Part shown: positions 10,613 through 22,299 of the stretch, one piece after another
Position numbering within the stretch: the first letter of the stretch is position 1
Layout of the letters: each line of letters begins with the position of its first letter
Origin: Candidatus Poribacteria bacterium
GTDB lineage: Bacteria > Poribacteria > WGA-4E > JAJDTR01
Assembly: GCA_965222225.1 (NCBI GenBank)
Contig: CBDCTK010000002.1
Location: 2,336,001-2,400,000, forward strand
DNA length: 64,000 bases
Direction of reading: 5' to 3'
The notes under the pieces: generated by a model
Told to the model about the DNA's origin: nothing
What the model saw: the letters and a program-made list of their open reading frames with translations, nothing else
Database searches by the model: none
Program-made: the position numbers and the translations under genes

Positions 10613-10876
10613 ACAAGGAGTGCGATAGTGAATTCCACGCGATAGCAAATCCCTCAATCGAGTGGACAGCGAGCGATCAACTGCACGGATAGTGAAGGAG
10701 CAACTGACCGATAGAGATCCCAACCCGAAAGAAATCGTGCACAGAAAAAAGACTTCCGAGATTTCATTCAGTCCGAAAACGTAAGAGATTCAGGTGAAAC
10801 CCAACGATCAACCGAACGATCAACTGAGCGGATAGCGAAGGCGATAGAGATCCCCTAGTGAGTGCGATAGGGATTC
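10599..10876 (+). repeat. Cluster of covarying GA-hairpin elements
   Basis: Full copies at 10599 and 10818 plus partial copies. Confidence 0.9.
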
Positions 10877-11416
10877 CACAGGCATATAGTAGCCAACAAT
10901 GTACGCATGAAGAAACTTTCTACATATCACCAATAATGGCTATACCACCGATTATTCAAAAAGGCTCTAACTTAGCGATTTCGCTGTTGGGAATAACAAT
11001 CGTCATTCCCGACTCCGCAGTATGAGATTATTGCCAATATGACCAATTCTTGCTTTCTGCGTAGGCTGGGCATCTTGCTCCACTCTACACAATTTTCTTT
11101 ACTTGACCCACGCAATCAATGCACTTGGATTTCCGACTCGCTATGTAGCAAGAACCAACCGGTCGAATCAAAAATGAACACATTACCGGCTTCGACTATC
11201 GTGATTCTCACGAATTATACAAACAACTTTGCCATATTCCAAATATAGTGTATAATCACATTGGTCGTTTGTAGGATGGGCATCGCCCACCACACCATCT
11301 CCAAAGATATTGCCCTACACCGCTCAACCGACTCAAACTCCACTGGGATTCCCTTGTAGACCCCTGCAAAGCCAATTGGTGTGCGTGCCAACTTGTTGAA
11401 CTTGAAAGGAATCGGC

Positions 11417-11602
11417 ATGGAGAAGTTTGAAGCCCCCATTCAGGAATCATTGCTCTAGGAGTTAATCGAACTCTGGGAAACGATTCCGGAACTTCACACC
11501 AACGAAGATTGGCGGCGTGAATTACTCGGCATTCAGCCGTCGTCCAACCGGATACTCATCTATTTTGTGCGCGATTTGCCGCTTTGGGGTTCCGAGAAGT
11601 AG
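11417..11602 (+). pseudogene. Short gene remnant with an in-frame TAG
   Basis: AAAGGA RBS, MEKFEAPIQESLL*ELIELWETIPEL... with TAG at 11456; function not identified. Confidence 0.3.
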
Positions 11603-11784
11603 GGGACGCCCCCGGTTTTGTGTTCGACTGCCTACAATTGAACCGGAGCAAGGAAATCGAGCCTATATCAGTGCCCGCCGTGAAGATGGAACTACAGGTG
11701 TAATCGTCAACGCACGGGCTAACTAATGGAAATGTTCACTTGGCGTTTCCAAGCCAAGGCTGTTTTATCAAAGTGCATTATCAC

Positions 11785-11934
11785 AACCCAAGTTGCCACT
11801 TTGATTCGAAATGGGCAAAGAAACCGAGTTTTTTCCGACGGGGAAACACCAGTTTGACGAGAATTTGGCAAACTTGCCTATAATTTAGGAAACGTGAACC
11901 AAAAACTCGGTTTCTCTGATATAGGTAGCAACTT
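11785..11934. repeat. ~150-bp MITE-like dispersed repeat, copy 1
   Basis: AGAAACCGAG...CTCGGTTTCT inverted repeat; colinear similarity to 48560-48709. Confidence 0.7.
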
Positions 11935-11962
11935 ACACTTTCATACCAAAAGAGAGGATTAT

Positions 11963-12832
11963 ATGAAGCGAATTAACCGAATAATTGAACTGCTTGAAGA
12001 AGGGCAACCCGTTTATTGGGCTGGCGGCGTTGGTCTGAGCTATGAAGGCGGCGTGAAGTCCGCCCAGACAACGGCGGATTGGTTGGTTATCGGAATCGAA
12101 CACCTACCCTACGACATCACCGCGCTAGCGGAATTTATGCGAGGCTTGGTGGATGGCGGTCCAACACCTACGGGTCATCGGACGCCGCCGGTGTTAGTCA
12201 CCTTGCCGTTTGACGGCACCGATGAAACGGTTATCCGCACTAACGCTTGGATGATCAAACAGGTACTCGCCACGGGCATCCACGGCATCCTGCTGTGCCA
12301 TGCGGAAAATCCGGAAGCCGTCAAAGCATTAGTCGAATGGGTGCGCTTCCCGTTTCAGACCATTGGCGTTGGAGAAGGACTCGATCAGGGAAGACGCGGC
12401 TCCGGAGGCCAAGATCTTGCCGCGCCAATCTGGGGTGTGTCCGTTCAGGAATATTTGCGCAAGGCAGACGTTTGGCCTTTGAACCCGGATGGTGAAATCC
12501 TGCTCGGCGTCAAAATTGAGAACAAGCGCGCGCTCGCAAACGTTGAAGCTAGCACAAAGGTTCCGGGCATCGGATTCGCCGAGTGGGGGCCATCCGACAT
12601 GAGAATGACCTTCGGTTATGACACCGTAAGAACGCGAGAAAATACGGAAGAGGGTGAACTGAAAGCCGCCCGAGATCGCGTTTTTGCCGCGTGCCAAGCC
12701 GCGAACATCGGTTTCTTGGACGGAGTCCATCCGGACGACGTGGTTGAAAAGATTAAGGAAGGCGTCACCTTCCCCGCTGGCGGCGAGGAAGCGGCTGCGG
12801 TGGGTCGGAAGTTTACGAACCGTAAAATGTAG
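11963..12832 (+). CDS. HpcH/HpaI aldolase family protein
   Basis: EH motif, KIEN, WGPSD, GRRGSG; AGAGAGG RBS before ATG 11963. Confidence 0.8.
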   Translation: MKRINRIIELLEEGQPVYWAGGVGLSYEGGVKSAQTTADWLVIGIEHLPYDITALAEFMRGLVDGGPTPTGHRTPPVLVTLPFDGTDETVIRTNAWMIKQVLATGIHGILLCHAENPEAVKALVEWVRFPFQTIGVGEGLDQGRRGSGGQDLAAPIWGVSVQEYLRKADVWPLNPDGEILLGVKIENKRALANVEASTKVPGIGFAEWGPSDMRMTFGYDTVRTRENTEEGELKAARDRVFAACQAANIGFLDGVHPDDVVEKIKEGVTFPAGGEEAAAVGRKFTNRKM

Positions 12833-13094
12833 CCAGATTGCAAGCAAGCCATTTTTTGTAATGGTCTGGTAACTGATAGTGGATTATCGATTCCGCTCGG
12901 CTTGGATTTCCAGGTCTTGGTTGATGACGCCGCTAATCTGCGGGAGCAATACGGCGCACAACCATCTCGTTGACTATGGCGTGTTGACATTTGACAAATT
13001 GAAGCCTTCTCTGATCCGAGATTTTTCGCCCTGATCCACGTCGAGACGATTCGGAACAATCGCAAATAATCAGCGTGTTACGTGACCTAATTTC

Positions 13095-13274
13095 GTAGGG
13101 GCGAGGTTACCTCGCCCCCATAGGGATCAAGTTAGGGGATTTCGTCTAGCATTGGAGAGGTAGACGGTCACAAAACCCTTAGCTAAGTCCGCATTGGGCG
13201 GGAAGGAAATCTCTATCGCACCCCATGCGGTAGGTGCGATCAACTGAGTGGATAGCGAAGGCGATAGAGATCCC
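13095..13274 (+). repeat. REP GTAGGGGCGAGGTTACCTCGCCCC plus a GA-hairpin element at 13238
   Basis: Palindrome visible; gatcaa ct ga gt ggata gc ga ag gcgatag. Confidence 0.85.
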
Positions 13275-13459
13275 TTTCCAACCGCACCGAACCCTGTCCC
13301 TATGGAAACGAGCGCCATGAGTCATCTTCTGTGGAGGACTCATCAACAAATGGATGGTATTCCCTCGCCCTACAATTAGGAATCTGTCGGCGAATTTCAG
13401 ACACGCCTCAGACAAATGTCAACAGAACTCAATATGCAGATTTAAGGAGATGATACCCT

Positions 13460-14539
13460 ATGGGATTGCCCACTCGCTTTCAAGCGAATCATTTGCACGC
13501 CATCGCACACCGCCTGTTCATGGCTGCCGGCACACCTCATCCCATCGCCGATTTTGTCGCGGAGATTCTCGTCAACGCCAATCTCGCCGGACACGACTCG
13601 CACGGCGTACAGTTCCTACCGATGTATTTGGACCGCATTGAAAACGGAGGGATTACTCCCGCGGTCGAACCCGCCATCGCCAAAGAAACCGCGACAACGC
13701 TACTGGTCGATGGAAAGGGCGGTTTCGGGCACTACACGACACGTCAGGCTCTCTATTGGGCAATTGAAAAAGCTAAGGAGAGCAACGTCTGTTGCGTGAA
13801 CTTTACTGGCCTCACGCACATCGGACGACTCGGCGAATATGCGGAGTTGGCGGTAGCCGCCAATTGCATGGTAATTCTCACTAGTGGCGGCGGATCCAAA
13901 AACAGCGGTAACGTGACACCATTCGGCGGCGCCCAGCCGGCTCTGAGCACCAATCCCATCGCGGTCGGCGTACCGACGGGCGATGACGCGCCGTTCATTC
14001 TGGACTTCGCCACCAGCATTGTCGCGGGAGCAAAAGTGCGCGTCGCCCTTAACAAAGGTGTTGACGTACCCGAAGGCTGGATTGTGGACAAGCACGGCAA
14101 ACCGACCACCAATCCCGCCGACTTTGACGATGGCGGCTATCTGTTGCCGTTTGGCGGACACAAAGGATACGCGCTCGCGCTGCTTGTCTGCCTTTTGGGC
14201 GGCTTGTCCGGCAAGTTCGACCCCGCACGCGCATCCATGGGTGGTGCGTTCCTTCAAGTCATCAATATCGACTCCTTCACCCCCTTGGAGAACTATAAGC
14301 GTGGGGTGCGGGCATTCTTGGACGGTTTGAGATCAATGCCGCCTGCCCCGGGCTTCGACTCCGTCCAGGTTCCCGGGGATTTCGAGCGTCGTTCGCGTCG
14401 TGAGCGTCTTGCCCAAGGCATCGAAGTTCCGGACCCCGTCTGCAAACAGATCGAAGATTGGGCAGACAAATTGGACGTGTCCTTGTCTGAGGCAGAACGC
14501 GAAGCCGGGAGCATCGATCGCTATCAAGCAACATCCTAA
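13460..14539 (+). CDS. Ldh_2 family (malate/L-lactate/ureidoglycolate) oxidoreductase
   Basis: GHDSHG, HIGRLGEY, TNPIA, LDFATS and GGHKGYAL motifs. Confidence 0.92.
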   Translation: MGLPTRFQANHLHAIAHRLFMAAGTPHPIADFVAEILVNANLAGHDSHGVQFLPMYLDRIENGGITPAVEPAIAKETATTLLVDGKGGFGHYTTRQALYWAIEKAKESNVCCVNFTGLTHIGRLGEYAELAVAANCMVILTSGGGSKNSGNVTPFGGAQPALSTNPIAVGVPTGDDAPFILDFATSIVAGAKVRVALNKGVDVPEGWIVDKHGKPTTNPADFDDGGYLLPFGGHKGYALALLVCLLGGLSGKFDPARASMGGAFLQVINIDSFTPLENYKRGVRAFLDGLRSMPPAPGFDSVQVPGDFERRSRRERLAQGIEVPDPVCKQIEDWADKLDVSLSEAEREAGSIDRYQATS

Positions 14540-14621
14540 TTACGCGCTGATGGAAGCCATAATCTTAATTTGAGAATCTCCGTAAACAGTGGATATCTAA
14601 ATTCAGGAGGACAACAGTGGC

Positions 14622-16142
14622 ATGGAAATGCATCCAGGGAAACAGATGTTTATTGATGACTATTTCATTGAATCAATGGCTGGAGCGCGTCGTGTGCTCA
14701 ATCATCCGGAGAAGATTACCGTTGACGCACCGCTACACACGATAACGCCTGATCGACCGTGGGAGAGCGCAACTGTCAGCGGCTCAGTCCAGTACGATGA
14801 AAAAAACCGGATATTTCGGATGTACTACTCGGGCGTCGATTCTCTAGTTTGCGTTCTTGAGTCCACCGATGGTATTCACTGGGAACGCCCAAATCTGGGG
14901 CTTGTTGAATTTGAGGGTTCAAGAGACAATAACATCGTCAACTGGCCAAACGACTGCCCTGCCATCGGAAGCCTCCTGTGGGACCCGCATGAGACCGACG
15001 AAACCTACCGCTGGAAACGGATGCACCACTTCCCTTACAAGGGGGTATGGCAGGCGCTCTACTCCGAAGACGGATACAACTGGCATCACCAACCCCCGGG
15101 ACCCCACAACAATCAAAAACAGTTCTTCGGTTTTGGTTCACCCGCAGAGAGTTTCGGGGGATCGATGGATCCCGATACACCTTATGTCACCTATTGCCAG
15201 CGAGGTTCAAGCCGAAGGACACGCGTACTTGGGCGGCGAGAGAGCCAAGGCTTTGTCAACTGGTCAGGCATGCGGACGGTCATCGATCAGGATTTGGACG
15301 ACCCACCCGGAACAGAGTTCTACGCCGCAGGTCATGACATGGCGAACCGTACCGACGGCGGACTGCATATCATCATATTGGACGCGTATTCCACCGACCT
15401 GACAGAGCCATACGCCATTGAGGGAGCCGAGAATTACTGGGGAGGCGCGGGTGGTCCCTCTGTGATTCCCGCGCGGATTGACGGGATGGTCGAACCGCAG
15501 CTTACGGTGAGCCGCGACACCATATCTTGGAAACGCTATCGCGAACCGTTCTTCCATCGCGGCGAACCCGGATCGTGGGATTGGGGCAGCATCTACTGCT
15601 CCGGGCCCATCCTGCATAAGGACCAACTCCTGTTTTACTACAACGGCGTCAATTTGACGCACAATAGACGTAACCCGCAGTTGATTTACCAAGAAAAATC
15701 TACATCGGCGAAAGGGCTAGCCGTGCTTCGTCCCGACGGTTATGTCAGCGTGGAAGCGGAATCGTATGCCCCGGGGATCTTGACAACCCACCGTTTCCGT
15801 CAAGAATCCGGCGGCACTGTGACGGTCAATGCCGATGCCTCCGCCGGTGAACTTCGCTATGAGGTGCTGGAGGACACGGGCGCCCCCATTCCCGGTTTTA
15901 CCGCCGCCGAATGTGACCCCATACGCATCGATACCTTTGACGCGCCGCTGACGTGGCGTGGAGGCCCCGGCTGGCCCGGATTGAGCGAAGAACGACAGGG
16001 AACCTACCCGAACCTTCAGAAGGAGGAATTCTACATTAAATTACGATTCTACATCTCCCCCGGCACCAAGTTGTACTCTTTGACGCTAGACCCACCCGAA
16101 GTGACGATGTGGCACGTGAAGGTCAAGGGGCGAATCGACTAA
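14622..16142 (+). CDS. Glycoside-hydrolase-like beta-propeller protein (GH32/GH43-like, uncertain)
   Basis: ESTDGIHWERPNLG Asp-box-like motifs, GLAVLRPDGY; AGGAGG RBS. Confidence 0.6.
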   Translation: MEMHPGKQMFIDDYFIESMAGARRVLNHPEKITVDAPLHTITPDRPWESATVSGSVQYDEKNRIFRMYYSGVDSLVCVLESTDGIHWERPNLGLVEFEGSRDNNIVNWPNDCPAIGSLLWDPHETDETYRWKRMHHFPYKGVWQALYSEDGYNWHHQPPGPHNNQKQFFGFGSPAESFGGSMDPDTPYVTYCQRGSSRRTRVLGRRESQGFVNWSGMRTVIDQDLDDPPGTEFYAAGHDMANRTDGGLHIIILDAYSTDLTEPYAIEGAENYWGGAGGPSVIPARIDGMVEPQLTVSRDTISWKRYREPFFHRGEPGSWDWGSIYCSGPILHKDQLLFYYNGVNLTHNRRNPQLIYQEKSTSAKGLAVLRPDGYVSVEAESYAPGILTTHRFRQESGGTVTVNADASAGELRYEVLEDTGAPIPGFTAAECDPIRIDTFDAPLTWRGGPGWPGLSEERQGTYPNLQKEEFYIKLRFYISPGTKLYSLTLDPPEVTMWHVKVKGRID

Positions 16143-16161
16143 CCTTGGAAAGGAAGCTAAA

Positions 16162-17076
16162 ATGGCAAGTAGACCGATTCAAATCCTAATCGTAGCCACT
16201 CACCCGGCGGATTCGTTCGACATGGCGGGCGGCACATTGTCGCACCACGCCGCCCAAGGCGACAAGGTAACTGCTGTAATCGCCACCACAGGCGTGCGGT
16301 CGCATCACTGGGAGTTGGCGGAAAAGAAACGCATCGAAGGTGCGAGCCTTGATGTCGAGAAGTTCGTGGAGCAGGCAGCCGCGGAAAAGCTGGAGGAAGT
16401 ACGCAACGCCTGTCGAATCATGGGGTACGACGACGTACGCGATTTGGGGTTTGAAGATGACGACATTCTTGTGACCCAAGACAAGATTGAAGCCATCGCC
16501 GAAGTCATTCGCGAGGTACGGCCGGATATTTTAATCTCTCATCACCCCTACGAGAGCGGCGGGTTGAAAATGCACGGAACTATCGGACAAGCAACGATAT
16601 ACGCCTGGCAGGTTGCCGCCGGTACCGGACGGGGGCGGCAACTTCGCCACGCCGTGCCCTGCATCTACTTCATGAATCCGATGGCGTACATGGGCAACAA
16701 CAGCTTGGAATACGCCTCGACGGCACGCGCCGATCTTTATGTCGATATCACTGATGTCATTGACAAGAAGGTGAAGGCGCTCGACTACATCTCCAGCCAG
16801 TTTTACGGCGGACCCTATTCGCGCAAGCGTTCCGAGGCCGATGACGGCGCCCACGGACAAAAGGTGAATGTGGCATACGCCGAGCAATTCCAACGGTTCT
16901 TTCCACTGAGAAGTTACACCCTGCCGATCACCGACGCCGAGTTGGAACAGATTGACCAATCCCCCGAAGTCGGGATGGGGCGGCGCAGCGAGATAGTCGG
17001 CGCCTTTTCACCCCTACCGCCAAATATGGAGTTTTCGTCCAAATATCGCACGCCGAAAGAGAAGTACAACCTTTGA
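16162..17076 (+). CDS. PIG-L/LmbE family deacetylase
   Basis: HPAD motif, RPDILISH, YVDITDVIDKK. Confidence 0.85.
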   Translation: MASRPIQILIVATHPADSFDMAGGTLSHHAAQGDKVTAVIATTGVRSHHWELAEKKRIEGASLDVEKFVEQAAAEKLEEVRNACRIMGYDDVRDLGFEDDDILVTQDKIEAIAEVIREVRPDILISHHPYESGGLKMHGTIGQATIYAWQVAAGTGRGRQLRHAVPCIYFMNPMAYMGNNSLEYASTARADLYVDITDVIDKKVKALDYISSQFYGGPYSRKRSEADDGAHGQKVNVAYAEQFQRFFPLRSYTLPITDAELEQIDQSPEVGMGRRSEIVGAFSPLPPNMEFSSKYRTPKEKYNL

Positions 17077-17146
17077 CATACCTACAAGAATAGTTGAGCA
17101 ACTTTCAATAATGAATTTTGCATTTTGACAATGGCCCCGGCTGCTC

Positions 17147-17178
17147 CTGCTGGATTGACAAATCCAGCAGATCTTTAT
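17147..17178. terminator. Terminator-like hairpin
   Basis: CTGCTGGATT-GACA-AATCCAGCAG perfect 10-bp stem followed by ATCTTTAT. Confidence 0.55.
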
Positions 17179-17316
17179 CTAGCCACTTAGCTTCCATTCT
17201 TTTGCTTCGGAGAGCATCTTCGATCGTTAAATCGAAAATGGGAATTGGTATATCTATAGTGCAGCGATGGGGTCAATATTCTGCTCCAGCAGATTAATGA
17301 TGAAAAGGGCATTACA

Positions 17317-19122
17317 ATGGAATTGCAAATCTCATTGGTAGCGGCTTTTGCGGCAATTCTGGTTTTCGGCTGCGTAGACGTCGCGCAGGGCAAGGGAGAG
17401 AACATATTTCCCAACCCGGGATTCGATGAGTTTGAAGGCGAGCTGCCCACCGGCTGGACGGTTGATATATGGAACAGGCCATTGTCAAGGGTGAAGATTA
17501 ACAGGCTAAAACCGGGGCGCGATGGCACCGGCCACTGCCTGGAGATAGTTCCAAGCACGCCGATGGCTAGTGTAACGCTGACGACCTAAGTAGTTCCCGT
17601 ATCAGCCAGCCAAGACTACCTTTTCAAGGGTTACTACGCGTCAGCCTGCGTGGGTGTAACCACGGACAAGAAGTGGATGGACGCAGACGGAGTCACGCTC
17701 ACCGGCAACTGGTTGGATGCCGATGAGAAAACTGTTTCATCATTCACCATCGTGCTCCCGGACACTCAGGATCGCTGGGTTGAGTGTTTCCAAGATGTAC
17801 ACTCCCCTGAGGGTGCAGCGGCGCTCCAGATAGTTATCAATCGGCGATGGGTGGGCGGACGTTTGCGTTTCGATGATTTCTCGCTCCGAGAGGGAAACAT
17901 CAGAGACTACGAGGAGGAGTTCTCTGTCCGGCAAGTGCCCGATGAAGACTTCTTTCCGATTTTCGGCTGGTTGACGCCCGGAACCCCTGCGCCGCACTTC
18001 TTGGGTGATAACGGTCCAAATACCGCGTTGGACTACTACCAGGCCGAATTCGCATTGGCGAATTTTACTATCAATCTCGAACTCAATGAATACAACGGTT
18101 TTGGGATGAAACACCGCCCCCTCGGACAACGGGAAGACGCAGAACTCATCGCGTTTGACAAAGATCCGAACGTGTGGTGGTTCGGCGGAGCCGACGAACC
18201 GAGCGAGAAGGAGTTCCCGCATCTGGCAGAGCAAAATGAACGGATTCAACGATTGGCGCCATCCAAGGACTTTTGGACGAATCTCTTTCCGAGCTACGCC
18301 GACGACTTTCGCGGCAAGCTGGAGAATTACGACCACCATGTCTCGGCGTACATAGATGTCGTAAAGCCAAAGATACTCACCTTCGATCACTACTGCATGG
18401 TCGGCAACGACCCGCGCGTCCATGCCGATAGCTGGTATAGCCCCAACCGTGAAGGGGATTACTTCCCCAACTTGGAGATCGTGCGGAAGCGCACGCTTGA
18501 AGCCGATGTCGAGTTCGGGGTCATCGTGTCGGTGGGCACATTCGGCCCCGTGCGGGGCGTCAGCGAAGCCGAACTGCGATTTCAAGCCTACACCTGCCTC
18601 GCATACGGCGCGCGCTCCCTCGGATGGTTCTGTTACTTGACCGAGATTGAGTACGGAAATTGGCAGAACTGGGAGGATATGGTCATCAACCGCGACGGCA
18701 CCCGGACGCGCCACTACTCCATGTTAAAGTATCTTAACGGCGAAGTGCTCGCCCTTGCCCCGACGCTGCTCCGACTCAAATCAACGGGGGCCTATCACAC
18801 CGACCCGTTACCGCCGATAGCCTACCCGCTCAAAGAATCGGAGCTGGTGGAATCCATCAGCGGCGGGATGGCATTGGTCGGTGAATTCAAGTCCGAGACG
18901 GATGGACGAATCTACATCATGGTGGTAAACCGAGACTTCATTGACCCCGCGACGTTGCAATTGAAGTTCCGCCGTCCCCCTCTAAACCTGTTGGAGGTGT
19001 CCAAACAGAACGGAAACAAGCAACCTGTGACGGGTTATTCTCCGGAGACAGGTGAGATGAAACTCGACCTTGCTGGTGGAGATGGCAGACTCTTCTACCT
19101 TGACGATCAACTGAGCGAATAG
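17317..19122 (+). pseudogene. Secreted CBM-like plus glycoside-hydrolase-like protein split by an in-frame TAA (17587-17589)
   Basis: ORFs 17317-17589 and 17650-19122 share one frame and read through continuously; N-terminal signal, ENIFPNPGF CBM4/9-like start, C-terminal catalytic-like domain. Confidence 0.7.
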
Positions 19123-19181
19123 CGACCGATCAAGTGACCGGATAGGGAACGCGATAGAATTCCCATTGCGAGGACGATAGA
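19105..19181 (+). repeat. Cluster of covarying GA-hairpin elements
   Basis: Partial copy at 19105 supplies the stop; full copy at 19128 gatcaa gt ga cc ggata gg ga ac gcgatag. Confidence 0.9.
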
Positions 19182-19367
19182 GTGCCCTCGCTGTTCGCTA
19201 CGGGGTCAGTCGAAACCGAAAATACTAGACCCGCGCGCTTGAAATTGGGATTCATGCGCTCAACCCAACTTGCAGGCTGGACCTTTGCAAAAATCGACCT
19301 TGATCGCCAAATCAAGATGGAATCCCTGTTTTCAAGAAAAAGCACTATTCCTTTAGATGAAAAACAT

Positions 19368-20495
19368 ATGAAAATAACCGATGTAAAAACCACGTTACTG
19401 CATATCCCGTCTCTCGGCGGAATCATGGATGCCACAATCCGCTATCCCGCAAAGGGAGCAACGGCGTGCTTTGTGCACATCGTGACCGACACCGGTCTTG
19501 AAGGTTTGAGTCCGGCTGGCGGCGGACGCGCCGCCCAAACCCTCCTTGAAGGATCCTTCAAGGAACTGCTAGTGGGCGAAAACCCGTTGCACATTGAGAA
19601 GCTATGGGACGATCTCTTCTGGTGTATCCGGGGCGTTGGCAGAAAAGGGCTGGCGTTTTGCGCGTTGTCCGCCGTAGATATTGCCCTGTGGGATCTGAAG
19701 GCGAAGCATTTCAACGTGCCGCTCTATCAGTTACTGGGTCCGTACACCGAGTCCGTACCCGTCTACGGCAGCGGTGGCTGGACGCACTTTGACCTTGACG
19801 AATTGGTAACCGAACAGACTCGTTATGTCGAGCGAGGCTTTAAAGCCGTGAAGATGAAAGTCGGCAAAGATTTCGGCAAAAGTGAGCGCGAAGACATTGA
19901 GCGACTGGCTGCCGTTCGGGACGCTGTCGGAGACGATATCGAAATCTACGTTGATGCCAACAACGGCTACTACGCGAAGCAGGCAATCTACATGGGGAAA
20001 GCCTTCGAGGAGTATCGCGTTGGCTGGTTCGAGGAACCTGTTTTAGCCGACGACATTGACGGGCTGGCTGCGGTGGCAAAGGCAATTGATATCCCCGTTG
20101 CGACTGGGGAGCACGAGTACACCAAATACGGCTTTAAGGACCTCATCGCTCGAGGGGGCGCGGACATTGTTCAACCCGACGTGGGGCGCGTGGGCGGCGT
20201 CACCGAATGGCTGAAGGTCGCCCATCTCGCGCACGCCTTCAATCTCCCCGTGGCGCCGCACGCCTATCAACTCATCCATCTGCACCTCGCCTGCGCCACG
20301 CCGAACCTCAAGGTGGTGGAGTACCTCGGAGTCTCCGAGGAAGCGGACAGGATTTACTATCAAGAATTTCCCGAACCCGATAACGGCATGTGGTCCCCTG
20401 ATCCCGACAAACCCGGATTGGGCTTGGAATTGGATCCGGTCGCTATAGAACAGTATGCGGTCGGCGCCGACGTTCCACGCGCGCAGTTGGGGTAA
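19368..20495 (+). CDS. Mandelate racemase/muconate lactonizing enzyme (enolase superfamily)
   Basis: MKITDV start, DIALWDL, KMK, DAN, WFEEP, GE, QPD motifs. Confidence 0.92.
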   Translation: MKITDVKTTLLHIPSLGGIMDATIRYPAKGATACFVHIVTDTGLEGLSPAGGGRAAQTLLEGSFKELLVGENPLHIEKLWDDLFWCIRGVGRKGLAFCALSAVDIALWDLKAKHFNVPLYQLLGPYTESVPVYGSGGWTHFDLDELVTEQTRYVERGFKAVKMKVGKDFGKSEREDIERLAAVRDAVGDDIEIYVDANNGYYAKQAIYMGKAFEEYRVGWFEEPVLADDIDGLAAVAKAIDIPVATGEHEYTKYGFKDLIARGGADIVQPDVGRVGGVTEWLKVAHLAHAFNLPVAPHAYQLIHLHLACATPNLKVVEYLGVSEEADRIYYQEFPEPDNGMWSPDPDKPGLGLELDPVAIEQYAVGADVPRAQLG

Positions 20496-20658
20496 GCAGT
20501 AACCTCTCCGCCGTATCCTCAGAGACTGACCAAATAACTCCCTTTACACTAGCTAGTCCACGCCTTGCTGGTACATTTATAGTCATTGCTACTGAGAATG
20601 ATACATATAGGAGTTATGCCCTACGGCTTGTAATAGCACAATCAATTGTGCGTCTTCT

Positions 20659-20712
20659 GTAGGAGCGATCAAACGACCGAATAGTGAGTGCGATAGCGAT
20701 TACTTGCCCCGC
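20659..20712 (+). repeat. GA-hairpin element within a GTAG REP
   Basis: gtaggagc-gatcaa ac ga cc gaata gt ga gt gcgatag-...ttgccccgc. Confidence 0.8.
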
Positions 20713-20761
20713 ATTGGTAAAATTTGATTGACGCGATTAATGCACTGCAAATATAGAGAAT

Positions 20762-21136
20762 TTGATTGTTTACAGCTTAAAAAACACGGGTGATAGGCGA
20801 GCAATTCAAACCCTTATCGAACTCATAACACGCCCTGCTGATTTCAAAAAGAATTGGGCTTCCATGCAAGAGATGGCTGCACAAGTTCTATCGCGTTTTG
20901 CAATTCATAAGCACTATTCTAGTACCCTTTATTGCCGACGCAACACTGCGGAAGGAATCGCTATCCCTCCCGTAGAGCATCATCAAGTCAACCAGGGTGA
21001 TATAGAACAAATAATTGCAGCCGTGCGAAACGCCGGATACGACATTGATAAGCTAGAAAACTCTCTCACGGACTTGGAATTGTATAATTCCACTAACCCG
21101 GGGGAATTAAACACACAATACGGAAAAACCGAGTAA
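20762..21136 (+). CDS. Hypothetical protein, possibly a HEAT-repeat fragment
   Basis: LKNTGDRRAIQTLIELI resembles a HEAT/PBS-lyase repeat; weak start. Confidence 0.35.
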   Translation: MIVYSLKNTGDRRAIQTLIELITRPADFKKNWASMQEMAAQVLSRFAIHKHYSSTLYCRRNTAEGIAIPPVEHHQVNQGDIEQIIAAVRNAGYDIDKLENSLTDLELYNSTNPGELNTQYGKTE

Positions 21137-21225
21137 GAGCCGAGATGTGTTCCCTAAATTCATGCTATCGGTAGCATTCTAATTATGCTAGTTATGCTTT
21201 GGGGAGAATCCTCGGTATTCTAACT

Positions 21226-22125
21226 CTAACTCGGCGGATAAATCAGATACCCCTTTCTCCCCGGCCGGGTGCGGAAAAGACAGCCGCCCGCCGTGACGTA
21301 AAGCGTCTGCAAATCCGGACCGCCGAACGTGCAGTTCGTCGGCTGGTCCGTCGGTACAGGGTGTGTTTCGAGAACGCGACCGCTAGGTGTGAAAACGTAT
21401 AGCATCGGTCCGGGCCCGCTCTCCTCCCAACCCGCGGTAGCGATGATATTCCCGTCACGGTCCCAGCACATGCCGTCAATCCCGCGATGCGGGTAGAAGT
21501 TGTGCAACACCTCGTATGCCCCCACCGATCCGTCGTCGTTGATAGGATACCGCCTCAATTCACGCGGATTGTTGTCGCCGTAAGCACTCTGCGCGACATA
21601 GAGCCACTTGCCATCCCGCGAAAACAGGAGGCCGTTCGGACTTGTCGTGTCATACGTAACACGGGTGATGTCCCATGAGTCGTCCGCGCGCGGATCCAAT
21701 CGGAACACCGATCGGTGGTCAAGCTCTAAATCGTCCGTTTCATCGCCATACCGCGGATCGGTGAACCACAACCTGCCCTGCGCATCGAAGGCGAGGTCAT
21801 TCGGACTGTTGAGACGCTTGCCTTCAAATTCTTCCGCGACGACTGTTGTCGTGCCGTCCGCATTGTAGCGTGAAATTCGTCGTCCGCCCTTTCCGTCGCT
21901 GAACAGTTTACTGCCTTCGCAGGCGTAGAGATTCCCATCCTTATCAAAAATCAACCCGTTCGCCTCGTTTGTGCCGGACCGAAACGCGGCGCATTCGCCG
22001 CTTGCCGGATCATAGCGCATCACGCGGCTGGTCGAAATATCCGTAAACAGCACGGCTTCCCCATCCCATGCCGGTCCTTCGGTGAAACCGTACGGTCCAG
22101 CGACCTGTTCAAACTCCCAACTCAT
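21226..22125 (-). CDS. SMP-30/gluconolactonase/LRE family protein
   Basis: EGPAW, NSPND, FTDP, PNGL, DGM, PTNCTFGG; AGGAGG RBS. Confidence 0.93.
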   Translation of the reverse strand: MSWEFEQVAGPYGFTEGPAWDGEAVLFTDISTSRVMRYDPASGECAAFRSGTNEANGLIFDKDGNLYACEGSKLFSDGKGGRRISRYNADGTTTVVAEEFEGKRLNSPNDLAFDAQGRLWFTDPRYGDETDDLELDHRSVFRLDPRADDSWDITRVTYDTTSPNGLLFSRDGKWLYVAQSAYGDNNPRELRRYPINDDGSVGAYEVLHNFYPHRGIDGMCWDRDGNIIATAGWEESGPGPMLYVFTPSGRVLETHPVPTDQPTNCTFGGPDLQTLYVTAGGCLFRTRPGRKGYLIYPPS

Positions 22126-22299
22126 AACTGTTACCTCCTACTCGCTTGTGGAATAATTCCAAATGTGATATAGTGCGTTGGCCATGAAATTGATACCCGA
22201 CGATAATATGGATTCAATTACTACATTATACCATTTCGTTTGAATAAGTGTGCATAGGGTGAAATATTCACTTTGTTAGGACTTACGCTGATTGACTTC

